64,000 bases of DNA from an uncultured Chloroflexia bacterium (lineage in GTDB: Bacteria; Chloroflexota; Dehalococcoidia; DSTF01; JALHUB01). Position numbers and translations under genes: made by a program. Location of the stretch: NCBI GenBank assembly GCA_963726245.1, contig CAVSBT010000019.1:64001-128000 (forward strand), in the 5' to 3' direction. The stretch's first letter is position 1, and the number at the start of each line of letters is the position of its first letter. The notes under the pieces are model-generated. The model had not been told where the DNA came from. It saw only the letters and a program-made list of their open reading frames with translations, and made no database searches. Positions 1 through 10,338 of this stretch are shown piece after piece.

Positions 1-55
1 CCCGCGCCTGGCGGCCTTCGCCGCCTATCGCGCTTGTTCTTGCGCTTCCGTGGTT

Positions 56-757
56 CTAGAGGCTGACGAAGGCGCTGCCCTGCCACAACAGCACGACGAG
101 CGCGCCCGCTGAGATGAAGGGAGCATAGGGCATGGGGTAGCTGCGGCGCCTCACGCGCACGGCCAGGTAGGCCGCCACCACGCCGCCGGCCAAAGCGGTG
201 ATCATGAGGGCGGGAAGGATGAGAGAGCCGCCCAAGGCGAGCCCAGCGAAGCCGGCGAGCTTGACGTCGCCCAGCCCCAGGCCGCCACGCGAGACGAGAG
301 CTATTATCAACATGAGCCCTCCGCCGATTGCCCCTCCAATCAGGGCCTCCCTGACGTCGCCGTGGGGCATGAAGGCGGCAGCCAGCAGGGCGCCGCCGGC
401 CGCCGGGTAGGTGATGACGTTGGGGACGCGAAAAGCCATAAGGTCTGTCGCAGCGCAGGCGATGAAGACCGTGGCGTAGGCCGACACCACCGCCGCGTCC
501 TCCGGTGTCGGGTAGCGGGCGGCGGCCACGGCGAAGAGCGCCGCGGTGACAGCGACGAGGGCCGGTCGCCGCCATAGGGGCCCCTCGCCGATCAGGGCGG
601 CCAGCCGGGCGCGGCCGACCTCCCCAAGCGGTACTACCGCCAGGCGCTCCTCCAGTGGGGCGATCCCCTCCTCCGAGGGCACAGCAAGTCGTACCACGAG
701 GGCTTCCAGCAGGAAACCCACAACCGCCCCCAGCAGCGCGAAAAGGACAATCTGCAT
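56..757 (-). CDS. Prepilin peptidase, A24 family (membrane aspartic peptidase)
   Basis: ATDL..FRVPN and GLGDVKL aspartate motifs, C-terminal MPYAPFI, multiple TM segments; start at MQIVL chosen over the overlapping GTG. Confidence 0.85.
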   Translation of the reverse strand: MQIVLFALLGAVVGFLLEALVVRLAVPSEEGIAPLEERLAVVPLGEVGRARLAALIGEGPLWRRPALVAVTAALFAVAAARYPTPEDAAVVSAYATVFIACAATDLMAFRVPNVITYPAAGGALLAAAFMPHGDVREALIGGAIGGGLMLIIALVSRGGLGLGDVKLAGFAGLALGGSLILPALMITALAGGVVAAYLAVRVRRRSYPMPYAPFISAGALVVLLWQGSAFVSL

Positions 758-791
758 CGTCAAGACACCATGTACATTGTCGGTCGCATCT

Positions 792-2369
792 TCACACACC
801 TGAGTCGCGCGTGAGGGATGGCGGAGGCCCGCTCCAGCTCCAGAGGACGTGTCTGTCCGTCACCTGGGGGACCAACAACCCTTCGGCCTCCAGCCGCATC
901 ACGTGTTCTTCAACCTGGTGGAGGGGCAGAGAGAGATAATCCGCCAGCCTCAGCCCCAGGTCTCTGGTCGGGCTCTCTGTGATTTCCAGGGGCCCAAGGT
1001 TCTCGATATAGTCGTTCTTGAGCAGGCTCCAGGCAAAGCGCCGCTCCCTCCTCCGCCTTATCTCCTGAGCGTCCTCGTCACTCAACCTGCCCTCGCGTTC
1101 GAGCCTCTGCTGAAGACGGTCAAAACGTCTTACATCGTTGTAGTACTGGTGCAGGACTTGCTCCATGTCCTTGGCGCCGGCGCCCGGGGTCGTGGCCACC
1201 ACACGGTTGGCATCGTATTTCGACCAATCGTCGGTCAGGATGGTCATGCCATATTCGTCAGCCTTCTCCCTTACCTCAGTCCCAGGGAAAGGCGCCAGCA
1301 CGTGCAAAGAATACGGGGCATCCAGCCGCTTCGCGAGGTCATAGCTCTGTCTCATGGTCTTCTTGGTCTCTCCGGGCAGCCCAAGGATGAAGGAGGTGAC
1401 AGCCCTCATGCCCGTCTCTTTGGTCAGGGCCACCGCCTCCTTCACCTTCTTCAAGGTGATCTTCTTCTTGACCCTGTCCAGTATCTCCTGGTTTCCGCTC
1501 TCCACGCCGAAGACCAAAGCGTCGCAGCCCGCCTGCTTCATCTTCTTCACGAGTTCTCTGGTGACCGTGTCGACCCTGGAGAAGGCGTTCCATCTGATCT
1601 TCAGGCCCCTGCTCACTATCTCGTCGCAGATAGCATAGACATGCCCGTGGTTGAAAGTGAGAAGATCGTCCCCAATCTGGATCTCCTTGAACCCCATCTC
1701 CTGAACCATCTGCATCTCATCTACCACCAACTTTGCGTTGCGCAGCCGGACCCTCCTGCCCGTCATCCGATGCCCCACGCAAAAGATGCAATTGAACGGG
1801 CACCCCCTGCCGGTGATAACGCAGCCTCCGGCGTTGAAAGCGCGGTATTTGGCTAGCGGGAACAAGTGTCGGGCCGGAACCGGGAACTCGTCTACGTTCT
1901 CGATCCAGGGCCGGTCGGCGGTCGCAGTTATGCCGTCCCCTTCCCTGAAGACGAGGCCCTCTATCTCCGCGGGCTTCTTGCCGCTCACGATGTCGAGCAT
2001 CGTGTATTCCCCCTGCCCTCGCACCACGATGTCAATCCAGGGGGCCTCCCTGAGTGTTTGCTCGGCACAGAAGGTCACGTGAGGTCCGCCCATCACTGTG
2101 ACAACGTTCTCGTCGGATTCCTTGCAGAGCTTGAGTATTCTCGAAGACGTGGGGTAGTTCATGGTCACTGCGGTTATCCCCACGACCTCCGGCCTGTACT
2201 CCGCCATACAGCGGCGCACTTTTTCCTCTGAATACTGGCTTACCAGAAGGTCGAGGACTTTGACCTCAACCCCATTCTTCTCCAGTACGGCCGCAATGTA
2301 GCTCAAGCCCAGGGGCATGTTGGGCCACTCCGTAAAAGGGTAGGGAGGGTTTACTAGAAGAGTCCTCAT
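792..2369 (-). CDS. B12-binding radical SAM protein (class B methyltransferase-like)
   Basis: N-terminal LLVNPP..PLGLSYIAA cobalamin-binding domain, GGPHVT, RGCPFNCIFC (CxxxCxxC), FGVESG. Confidence 0.9.
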   Translation of the reverse strand: MRTLLVNPPYPFTEWPNMPLGLSYIAAVLEKNGVEVKVLDLLVSQYSEEKVRRCMAEYRPEVVGITAVTMNYPTSSRILKLCKESDENVVTVMGGPHVTFCAEQTLREAPWIDIVVRGQGEYTMLDIVSGKKPAEIEGLVFREGDGITATADRPWIENVDEFPVPARHLFPLAKYRAFNAGGCVITGRGCPFNCIFCVGHRMTGRRVRLRNAKLVVDEMQMVQEMGFKEIQIGDDLLTFNHGHVYAICDEIVSRGLKIRWNAFSRVDTVTRELVKKMKQAGCDALVFGVESGNQEILDRVKKKITLKKVKEAVALTKETGMRAVTSFILGLPGETKKTMRQSYDLAKRLDAPYSLHVLAPFPGTEVREKADEYGMTILTDDWSKYDANRVVATTPGAGAKDMEQVLHQYYNDVRRFDRLQQRLEREGRLSDEDAQEIRRRRERRFAWSLLKNDYIENLGPLEITESPTRDLGLRLADYLSLPLHQVEEHVMRLEAEGLLVPQVTDRHVLWSWSGPPPSLTRDSGV

Positions 2370-2435
2370 GATGCTGTTCCCCTCAGGAAAGCTCCTATTG
2401 AGCAGCCAACGCCGAGTTCGCTTCGAAGAGTGTCC

Positions 2436-3675
2436 CTACCCATGATACCGTCTCAGCACCAGGCAGGCGTTCTGCCCGCCCAGGCCGAAGGAATTGGAGA
2501 GGCATACGTTCACCCGGTGCGGACGGGCTTCGTTCGGCACGTAGTCCAGGTCGCAATCAGGGTCCGGGGTACGGTAGTTGATGGTGGGCGGCAGCACCTG
2601 GTCGCGGAGGGTGAGCACCGCGGTAACGGCTTCGACGCCGCCGGCGGCCGCTGCCAGGTGGCCGATCATCGACTTGTTGGAGCTGACGGGGATGCGGTAA
2701 GCCAGTTCGCCGAAGACCTTCTTGATGGCCGCCGTCTCCGTCTTGTCATTGAGCTGAGTGGACGTCCCGTGGGCGTTGACATAATCGATGTCAGCGGCGG
2801 TGACCTCGGCGTCGCGGAGGGCGCGGGCCATGGCGAGCGCCTGGCCGTCCACGTCGGGGGCCGTCTCGTCGGCGGCGTCGAAGGACCAGCCGGCGCCCGC
2901 CACCTCGGCCAGGATGGGCGCATCGCGGCGCCGGGCGTGCTCCTCCGACTCCAGCACGAGCACGCCGGCCCCCTCGCCCATGACGAAGCCGTCGCGCTCC
3001 GCGTCGAAGGGGCGGGAGGCGGCCTGCGGGTCGTCGTTGCGGCGCGAGAGGGCGCCGACGACGCCCATGGCGGCCATTATGAGGGCTGCCACCGAGGCCT
3101 CGCAGCCGCCGGCCAGCAGGATCTCGGCCTGGCCCAGCCGGATGAAGTTGAGGGCGTGGCCGATGGCGTCGGCTCCCGAGGCGCAGGCGCTGTTGATGGT
3201 GGTGTTGGGTCCGCGCACCCCCAGGGCGTGGCCCACGCGCACGCCGGCCATGTGCGCGCCGACGCGTGAAATGATCAGCGGGTCGATGCGGCTCGCGCCG
3301 CGCTCTTCGATGATGCGTTCCTGGGGAGCGAAGCCCGCCAGCGCCGCCGCTGCTGGCCATGACGACGCCGATCTCGTCGCGGGTGGACTCGTCCACGACC
3401 AGACCGGCCGACGCCAGGGCCTGACGGGCGGCCGCCGTGCCCAACTGGGCGTAGCGCCCGCTGCGACGGGCCATCTTGTAGTCCATGTAGCAGGCGGGGT
3501 CAAAGCCCTTCACCTCAGCGGCGATGCGCGAGGGGAAGCCGGTGGCGTCGAAGAGGGTGACAGGGCCCACGCCGGAGCGGCCGGCGAGGAGCCCCTGCCA
3601 GTGGGACTCGGCGTCCAGCCCCAGAGGCGTGACCGCGCCAAGGCCGGTGACCACTACACGTCGCAGAGTGCGCAA
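2436..3675 (-). CDS. fabF: Beta-ketoacyl-ACP synthase II (one apparent frameshift near 3330-3355)
   Basis: RRVVVTGLG N-terminus in ORF 2791..3711; SACASG, HGTST, GHL and SNSFGLGGQN in ORF 2436..3503. Confidence 0.85.
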
Positions 3676-3699
3676 TCGGCCCTCCCGCCGGCCGGGGAT

Positions 3700-3737
3700 G
3701 TAGGGGCGCACGGTCCGCCAGGGGCGGACGCCCCTAC
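3700..3737. repeat. REP-like palindrome (GTAG class) with nested GTCCGCC/GGCGGAC hairpin
   Basis: GTAGGGGCG...CGCCCCTAC; related copies at 9311, 9831, 31718, 51394. Confidence 0.65.
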
Positions 3738-3794
3738 TGGCCTACCGATAGGCCACGAGGCCTTCCCGTTTGTAACCCAGGTCGCCGCTCACGG

Positions 3795-4448
3795 TCAACC
3801 GCGCGGCCGGCCTTCCAGCAGGGCGAGCGCGGCCGCGTCGTTTAGACTGTCCACCACCACGTCGGCGGCTGACAGGTCTTCGCGCGGGCGGGTGGTAGTC
3901 ACGGCGAGGCAGCGCATGCCTGCCCGCCGTGCGGCTTCGACGCCGCCGGGCGCGTCCTCGATGACCAGGCAGCGCTCCGGCGCCACGCCCAGCCTGCGGG
4001 CGGCCAGCAGGTATCCTTCCGGGTCGGGCTTGCCCCTCGACACGTCCTCCGCTGCCACGATGGTGTCGAAGGCGTCGGCGAGGCCCACCTGCCCCAGCAC
4101 GAAGTCGATGTTGGCCCGAGGCGTGGAGGTGACCAGGGCCGCGCGCCGGCCTCCGTCTCGGGCATGACGCGCCAGCTCGGCAGCGCCCGGCAGGAGGCTC
4201 ACCCGTCCGGCGGCGTGCTGCCGGAACAGCGACTCCTTGCGTTCCGAGAGGCGCTCCACCTCTTCGGCGGGCACCTCACCCAGCAAGTCGCGCAGGATGA
4301 GGTCGTTGCGCAGGCCGAACGAGCGGCGGAACTCCTCCTCGCCGAGCGTGCGCCCGAGCTCGCCGAGGAGCTGGCGCCAGGCCTGGTAGTGGAACCGGGC
4401 GGTGTCGACGAGGACGCCGTCCAGGTCCCAGAGGACTGCTTCGATCAT
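3795..4448 (-). CDS. HAD-superfamily phosphatase (beta-phosphoglucomutase-like)
   Basis: WDLDGVLVDT motif I, KPDPE, IEDA motif IV. Confidence 0.9.
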   Translation of the reverse strand: MIEAVLWDLDGVLVDTARFHYQAWRQLLGELGRTLGEEEFRRSFGLRNDLILRDLLGEVPAEEVERLSERKESLFRQHAAGRVSLLPGAAELARHARDGGRRAALVTSTPRANIDFVLGQVGLADAFDTIVAAEDVSRGKPDPEGYLLAARRLGVAPERCLVIEDAPGGVEAARRAGMRCLAVTTTRPREDLSAADVVVDSLNDAAALALLEGRPRG

Positions 4449-4457
4449 GCTGAGGCG

Positions 4458-5627
4458 CTAATCGGCGCTCTCGCCATCCGGCGGCGGCGAGGGGATTGCC
4501 TCCAGGGACGACGACTCCAGGAAGGGAGCCTTCCGTCGCAGCCAGACCACGCCGTGGCTGTTCCAGAGGGAGACCGCATAGCCCAGCCTGGTGAGGATGG
4601 CCGCCACCAGGACGACCAGGGCCACGACGACGGCCAGCTCGAGGGGGAAGTAGCCCACGTAATGTAGAAGTATGGCCGCCCCCGAGAAGAGGACGGAGAG
4701 AGCATAGAGGACGGCCAGGCTCGCCCTGGGCCCCAGGCCGAGCACCTCCAGGCGGTGGTGGATGTGGTCCAGGTCGCCCAGGAAGGGATGACTGCGGTCC
4801 AGGGCGCGGCGGGTCACCGCCAGCACCGTGTCCAGGATGGGGAAGCCCAGCGCCACGATGGGCACGCCGATGAAGAAGGCGTTGGAGACGCCGGTGGAGC
4901 CCCGGATGGACAGGGCGCCGAGGACGAAGCCCATCAGCAGCGCTCCGGAGTCGCCCAGAATCGAAGAGGCTGGTGGCAGGTTGAAGGGCAGGAAGCCCAG
5001 GCCGCCTCCGGCCAGGGCCACCAGCAGCAGCGCTATCGTCGGATGCGCGGAGTGGGAGGCTACCTGCGCCAGCGTGGCCGCCGCCAGGATGGAGACGCCC
5101 ACCGCCACGCCGTCCTTGCCGTCCACCAGGTTGATGGCGTTGGTGAAGAAGACAACCCAGGCTATCGTGGCCAGTGGAGCCAGGTAGCCGAGCTCGATGG
5201 CGCCGCCCCAGGGGAAGGCCGCCTGCTCGATGCGGTAGCCGGCGGCGTAGACCGCTATCGCCGCCCCGACCTGGCCGACCAGCTTCTGCTGCCAGCTCGC
5301 CACCCGCCAGTCGTCGAAGAGGCCGGTCAGGAAGATCAGAGAGCAGGCGCCGAGGAAGCCCAGGAACGTCCTCGACTTGGGCGCGAAGAACTCAGACGCC
5401 TGCGGGGAGATGGCTGAGGCCACGAAGGGGGTGATGGCGAAGGCCAGGAATATGGCGACGCCGCCCAGCTTCGGCCTATGGGGGGCGTATCGTCCAAAGG
5501 GGCCCTGTAGCAGCCGGACGTGGGAGAGGGCCTGGAGGAGGGCCGTCGCCACCAGGGCGATGGCCGCCGCCAGGAGAAGGGTAAGCAGGTAGACGTTCAC
5601 GGGCCCTCTTTCCGTGAGTAGGTCCAT
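4458..5627 (-). CDS. MraY/WecA/TagO family polyprenyl-phosphate sugar-1-phosphate transferase
   Basis: GLFDD, NAINLVDGKDG, FNLPPA..LGDSG, DLDHIHHRL; polytopic membrane protein. Confidence 0.88.
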   Translation of the reverse strand: MDLLTERGPVNVYLLTLLLAAAIALVATALLQALSHVRLLQGPFGRYAPHRPKLGGVAIFLAFAITPFVASAISPQASEFFAPKSRTFLGFLGACSLIFLTGLFDDWRVASWQQKLVGQVGAAIAVYAAGYRIEQAAFPWGGAIELGYLAPLATIAWVVFFTNAINLVDGKDGVAVGVSILAAATLAQVASHSAHPTIALLLVALAGGGLGFLPFNLPPASSILGDSGALLMGFVLGALSIRGSTGVSNAFFIGVPIVALGFPILDTVLAVTRRALDRSHPFLGDLDHIHHRLEVLGLGPRASLAVLYALSVLFSGAAILLHYVGYFPLELAVVVALVVLVAAILTRLGYAVSLWNSHGVVWLRRKAPFLESSSLEAIPSPPPDGESAD

Positions 5628-5746
5628 CCCTCAGCCGGTAGAGGGGTATCCGTCGGATTTTACCACGTCGCGATGAGGGGTCAAGCCGATGTCCGGGCCC
5701 TGCGCCCGCCATCCGCTTGAACGGCGCGCCGCCCGCCCGTATGATC

Positions 5747-6285
5747 CACAGCGGATTCCGGAAAAACGGATAAGCGGATGGGACTCACCACGACCGACAC
5801 GATGACATCACGTACCGGATTATTGGGGCTGCCATGAGGGTGCACAATGTTCTGGGCCCCGGTCTGCGAGAGGGCATATACCAGCGGGCGCTGTTGGAGC
5901 AAATGGGGGCCGAGGGGCTCTCCTTTGAAGAGGAGAAGGCAGTGGAGGTGTTCCTTGACGGCGTCAGGGTCGGCCTGCTGTACCTCGATCACCTGGTTGA
6001 AGACGCTGTCGTCGTTGAGATCAAAGCGTTGCGACATCGGCTGACACAAGATGAGGTCGGACAGGTGATCACCTACCTCGCGGCAACTGGGCACAAAGTG
6101 GGCTTACTGTTCAACTTCGCGGGGCGATCGTTGGAGTACAAGCGGATTCTGCCGCCAAGGAAGCTGGATGACTGGAGGCAGAGGATCAGGCGCTATGCCT
6201 GGACAGCAAGGCCAGCTCACAACGGATAACGAACGGATAAGCGGATGGCCCTCATCCGATTATCCGTTTCCATGAATCCGTTGTG
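5747..6285. repeat. Periodic (CGGAT) ~33-bp inverted repeats enclosing the GxxExxY gene
   Basis: 5747-5780 cacagcggattccggaaaaacggataagcggatg matches the reverse complement of 6253-6285; third direct copy at 6218-6247. Confidence 0.7.
5834..6229 (+). CDS. GxxExxY protein (PD-(D/E)xK-fold); true start probably ATG 5778 with an indel
   Basis: VHNVLGPGLREGIY, D..VE..VVVEIKA, Q..TYL..GLLFNF; upstream in-frame HDDITYRIIGAA matches the family N-terminus. Confidence 0.88.
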   Translation: MRVHNVLGPGLREGIYQRALLEQMGAEGLSFEEEKAVEVFLDGVRVGLLYLDHLVEDAVVVEIKALRHRLTQDEVGQVITYLAATGHKVGLLFNFAGRSLEYKRILPPRKLDDWRQRIRRYAWTARPAHNG

Positions 6286-6324
6286 AGAAGAGACAGCCGA
6301 CCCCCAGACAGGAGGGAGGAGTCG

Positions 6325-6510
6325 ATGACGACTGAGCACGAGCCTGCGCAGGTCATGGTGGCGCTGCCCTTGGGCACGCTGCGACTGCTGGTAGGGAGCA
6401 TCATCGTCGCCATCCTGGTCATGCTCCCCATACTGGCCTTCGAGATCGTCATCCTCCTCCAGGTCTTTCACATCGTCGACCTGCTGGAGCGGCTGGCGCC
6501 GGCGGGCTGA
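6325..6510 (+). CDS. Small membrane protein, hypothetical
   Basis: Strong SD GGAGGAG, 61 aa with long hydrophobic stretch, GC-rich third positions. Confidence 0.6.
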   Translation: MTTEHEPAQVMVALPLGTLRLLVGSIIVAILVMLPILAFEIVILLQVFHIVDLLERLAPAG

Positions 6511-6534
6511 GGCGGTGAGGCAACCGGAGACAGC

Positions 6535-7281
6535 ATGAGCGTCCGCGCCGTCCTCTTCGACCTGGGGCACACGCTCTGGGACGTCCGCTACAACGAGGCG
6601 CTGGCGCCCACCATCTACCGCCGTGTGCACCGACGCCTGAGCCGCGCCGTGGCGGGGCCTCTACCCAGCGCAGAGCGCCTGCGCGAGGCCGTAACCGGGC
6701 GCTGGGCCGAGGAGGAGGCTGATGTCACGCGGAACGGACGCCTGGACCAGCGGCCGGCAGCGGACATCATAGACGAGGGGCTGGCAGCCCTGGGCCTCGA
6801 AGTCCCTGAGCACGTCCTGGACCGCATCACCGACGACATCCTCTCGCCCGACGCCTGGGGCCGCTACCTGGAGGCCGACACTTTGGGCGCCCTCCGCACT
6901 CTCAAGGAGAGAGGCCTGAAGCTGGGGGTCGTGTCCAACACCTACCAGCGGGGCCCGGTGCTGCGGGACCAGCTAGGTCACGCCGGCGCCCTGCCCTACA
7001 TCGACGTGATGGTCTTCTCCTCCGAGATGGGCCTGCGCAAGCCTCACCCGTCCCTCTTCCAGGCGCCCCTGGCCGAGCTCGGGGTCGCCCCCCAGGACGC
7101 CGTCTTCGTGGGCGACAGCCCGGGGGTCGACATCCGGGGCGCCCAGGCGGTCGGCATGCGCGCCGTCCTCACGCGCCAGTACCGGCAGGAGCCCGTTGAG
7201 GACGTCACGCCCGACCGCATCATCTGGCGCCTGCCGGAGGTCATCGAGTACATCGACAGCCTGAACTCCCATCGGGGGTGA
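6535..7281 (+). CDS. HAD-superfamily hydrolase
   Basis: LFDLGHTL, VVSN, RKPHP, FVGDS..DI.GA. Confidence 0.88.
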   Translation: MSVRAVLFDLGHTLWDVRYNEALAPTIYRRVHRRLSRAVAGPLPSAERLREAVTGRWAEEEADVTRNGRLDQRPAADIIDEGLAALGLEVPEHVLDRITDDILSPDAWGRYLEADTLGALRTLKERGLKLGVVSNTYQRGPVLRDQLGHAGALPYIDVMVFSSEMGLRKPHPSLFQAPLAELGVAPQDAVFVGDSPGVDIRGAQAVGMRAVLTRQYRQEPVEDVTPDRIIWRLPEVIEYIDSLNSHRG

Positions 7282-7479
7282 GGGTCCCGCTCGATGAGCT
7301 GTCGACCAGGCGCCGTCACCGATGTGAGCGAGGCCGGCTTGCTCTGGTGCAAGGCAGCTTCCTTGACACCCGTGGGCGATGGTCTATCATAGCGCCTGAA
7401 TCTCGCGGCGCGGGCCGGCGACGGCTTCATCGGCCGGCGGTGCCGCCCACGGCGGAGGGCCTGACCCAGGAGGACAACG

Positions 7480-8472
7480 ATGGCCACCATCCGGCCCCCA
7501 ATCGAAGTCCTCGACGAAGGCGTCGGGGAGTTCCGCATGCCCGACCCTGACGCCTACCGCGAGTGGGTCCGCGACCACAAGTCGCGGGCCCTGGTCAGCA
7601 AGCTCATGACGGCGCAAGAGGCCGTTTCCCAGTTCGTCGAGGACGGGGACTACATCGCCTACGACTGCAACTACCTCCAGCGCGGTCCCAGCGCCCTCAT
7701 CCGCGAGGTGATCCGTCAGAAGAAGAAGGACCTCTGGGTGGCGGGCAAGTTCACGTGGGTGGCGGTGCACCTCCTCGTCGCCGGCGGCTGCGCCAGCAAG
7801 GTGGACTGCGGCTTCTTCCTCTTCGGGAAGGCCATCGACCGTTACGTGCAGGAGAAGCGGGTCCAGATCTTCGAGTACAGCAACGTGGTGATGACCGTTC
7901 GTCTCCAGGCCGGCGCCATGGGCGTGCCCTTCCTGCCGCTGCGCTCCTTCGGCGGCACCGACGGCTTCCACCACTCGGGCGCCAAGCTTATCCGCGACCC
8001 GTACACTGGGCAGCCGGTCACCATCGTTCCCGCCCTCAACCCGGACGTGGCTCTCATCCACGTCCAGCAGGCGGACATGTACGGCAACGCCCGCGTCTTC
8101 GGAACCGGCATCGCCCACCAGGAGACGGCCCTGGCCTCGCGGAAGGTCATCGTCTCCGCCGAGGAGATCGTCGACTCGGAGGAGATCCGCCGCGATCCGG
8201 GTCGCACCTCCATCCCGTACTACTGTGTGGACGCTGTGGTACAGGCGCCCTTCGGGGCCTACCCGGGGGAGTGCGCCGGCTACTACGCTTCGGACCCCGC
8301 CGGCGTCATCGAAGTAGTCGCCGCGGCGCTGAGCGACACGCTCGACCCCTACCTTGAGAAGTACGTGCACAGCGTTGCGGACGACCAGGAGATGCTGGCG
8401 AAGCACGTGGGGGTCGCCAGGCTCCTTGAGATGGAGCGCCGCCTCGCCACCAAGGAGGGCTACCGGCCGTGA
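7480..8472 (+). CDS. Family I CoA-transferase subunit A (glutaconate CoA-transferase-like)
   Basis: EAVSQFVEDGD, AGAMGVPFLP, PALNPDVALIHVQQAD.YGNA. Confidence 0.85.
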   Translation: MATIRPPIEVLDEGVGEFRMPDPDAYREWVRDHKSRALVSKLMTAQEAVSQFVEDGDYIAYDCNYLQRGPSALIREVIRQKKKDLWVAGKFTWVAVHLLVAGGCASKVDCGFFLFGKAIDRYVQEKRVQIFEYSNVVMTVRLQAGAMGVPFLPLRSFGGTDGFHHSGAKLIRDPYTGQPVTIVPALNPDVALIHVQQADMYGNARVFGTGIAHQETALASRKVIVSAEEIVDSEEIRRDPGRTSIPYYCVDAVVQAPFGAYPGECAGYYASDPAGVIEVVAAALSDTLDPYLEKYVHSVADDQEMLAKHVGVARLLEMERRLATKEGYRP

Positions 8473-9314
8473 CGAGAGCCACGTCTTTCAACGAACGCGA
8501 GATGCAGACCTGCACCGTCGCCCGCATGATCGAGGACGGCAAGACTTACTGGGTCGCCGGAGCCGGCAGCCCCCTCTACGCCCTCCTCATGGGTAAGAAG
8601 CTGTACGCCCCCAATGCCCAGTACATCACGGAGGACGGCGTCATCGCGCCGGAGCCCTTGCTCCCCTTTGACCCCATCATGAGCATGGTCTCGGCGCGGG
8701 CCGGATACCGCGCCCTGGGCTGGGCCACCATGAACGCGGCCGGCAACCACGCCCAGGTTGGCCTCATGGACTACGGCATCCTCAACGCCTTGCAGATCGA
8801 CCAGTACGGGAACATCAACTCGACGGCCATCGGCGCCTACGGCAAGGATGTCCGGCGCTTTGGCGGCCCCGGCGGCGCCGACTCCATCGCCTCCCTTTGC
8901 TGGCGGACCATCGTCATCACTGACCAGGAGAGGCGGAAGTTCGTCGAGCGGGTGGACTTCATCTCCTCGCCCGGCTACCTGGACGGCAGGCCGGGCGCGC
9001 GGGAGAAGGCCGGCCTGCCCCGGGGCACCGGGCCCTGGCGCGTCGTCACCCCCTGGGCCATGTACGACTACGACGAGGAGCGCCGCCTACGGATCATCGC
9101 CGTCGCGCCGTGGGTGACGGTGGACGACGTGCTGGCGGAGTGCGAACACAAGCCCGTGGTGGCCGAGACGGTGGAGACCCTCGAGGTCCCGTCGGACGAA
9201 GAGCTGGACATGCTGCGCAGCCGCCTCGACGTGATTGGCCAGATGAGCGGCATCGAGCGCAGCCGTTGGATCGTCTGGGACGGCGAGAAGTACGTGCGGC
9301 AGACCGAGTCGTAG
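8469..9314 (+). CDS. Family I CoA-transferase subunit B
   Basis: YITEDG (catalytic Glu position), QIDQYGNINST, GPGGA, FVERVDFISSPG; overlaps subunit A stop. Confidence 0.85.
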   Translation: MTRATSFNEREMQTCTVARMIEDGKTYWVAGAGSPLYALLMGKKLYAPNAQYITEDGVIAPEPLLPFDPIMSMVSARAGYRALGWATMNAAGNHAQVGLMDYGILNALQIDQYGNINSTAIGAYGKDVRRFGGPGGADSIASLCWRTIVITDQERRKFVERVDFISSPGYLDGRPGAREKAGLPRGTGPWRVVTPWAMYDYDEERRLRIIAVAPWVTVDDVLAECEHKPVVAETVETLEVPSDEELDMLRSRLDVIGQMSGIERSRWIVWDGEKYVRQTES

Positions 9315-9336
9315 GGGCGGAGCTTCAGCTCCGCCC
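9311..9336. repeat. REP-like palindrome
   Basis: GTAG-GGGCGGAGCT-TC-AGCTCCGCCC; near-identical inverted copy at 51422-51447. Confidence 0.65.
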
Positions 9337-9372
9337 AAGGCGGGGTCGGGCCCGCTGATAGGAGGCCGAGAC

Positions 9373-9834
9373 ATGGCCATGGTCAAGAGAGTCATCTTCC
9401 TCGTCGCTGTCCTTGCGCTGGCGCTCCTGTCTGGCGCGGGCGGCGCCGCTGCTCAGCCTCAGCAGCAAAACCCGCAGATCTATCCACCTCCTACCCCCCT
9501 GCGCATCGTCGACCTCGCCGTCGGATGCGACAACGTTGCGCTCACCTACCCCGACGGCACGTCGGTGAACGTGGTCGTGGGCTCGATCAACCCGCAGGGC
9601 GCCATGTACGCCATCTGGCGGCTCAACTCGAGCCCGCCGACGCCGGGCGTCGGCCCGACCTTCGAGGGCTTCGCGCCCGCGGCTCCCCAGGCGAGCGACC
9701 TGCAAGGGGTGAACTTCCTGGAGGCCGTCTTCCTCTGCGTAAGTGTGCCCGCCGCCATCACGATGCCCGCCGTGCAGCCCTGGCCTTACCCGATCCCCCT
9801 GCCGCAGGCCACGCCGGGTGCGGGATCGCAGTAG
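9373..9834 (+). CDS. Secreted hypothetical protein
   Basis: SD GGAGG, Sec signal peptide ending AAA, Pro-rich flanks, two Cys bracketing a compact domain. Confidence 0.7.
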   Translation: MAMVKRVIFLVAVLALALLSGAGGAAAQPQQQNPQIYPPPTPLRIVDLAVGCDNVALTYPDGTSVNVVVGSINPQGAMYAIWRLNSSPPTPGVGPTFEGFAPAAPQASDLQGVNFLEAVFLCVSVPAAITMPAVQPWPYPIPLPQATPGAGSQ

Positions 9835-9858
9835 CGGCGGTTCGCGAACCGCCCCTAC
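9831..9858. repeat. REP-like palindrome
   Basis: GTAGCGGCGGTTCGCGAACCGCCCCTAC. Confidence 0.65.
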
Positions 9859-9948
9859 ACAGGGACGGTTGAGGCCCGGCTATTCGCCGGGCCTCAATGC
9901 CTTCGAAGGAGGAGAACCAGCCCTGGCTCGCGGGCTGGAACGACTTCG

Positions 9949-10338
9949 CTACAGCGAGTTGGAGGTGGGCTGCACTACCTCCCTTATCTTCGCCAAGAGA
10001 GACTTGAAGTCGATCTGCTTGAAGTGGTAGTCGGCGGCGCCGGCCTCGCGGGCGTCACGCCACTCCTCTCGGCTCAGGTAGGAGGTGAGGATTACGACGG
10101 CGCAGTGGTGTCCGTTGCTTGTCAGGCGGCGGCAGAGGTCTAAGCCGCCGCCGTCATCGCGCTTGACGTCCAGCAGGATCACGTCGGGCCGGCGCTCGGC
10201 CAGCCAGAGAGCCGCCTCCTCGGCGCAGCCGGTCGCCCCTACCACCTCGACGGCCTCACAGCGTGACAGCGAGGCCACGAGCTCGCAGCGGACGCGCTCG
10301 TGGTCGTCGACAATCATCACGCGGATCTTGTCCGCCAA
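9949..10338 (-). CDS. Stand-alone response regulator receiver protein (NarL-like REC, no HTH)
   Basis: IVDDH, PDVILLD, VVILTS, conserved Lys (YHFK). Confidence 0.8.
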   Translation of the reverse strand: MADKIRVMIVDDHERVRCELVASLSRCEAVEVVGATGCAEEAALWLAERRPDVILLDVKRDDGGGLDLCRRLTSNGHHCAVVILTSYLSREEWRDAREAGAADYHFKQIDFKSLLAKIREVVQPTSNSL

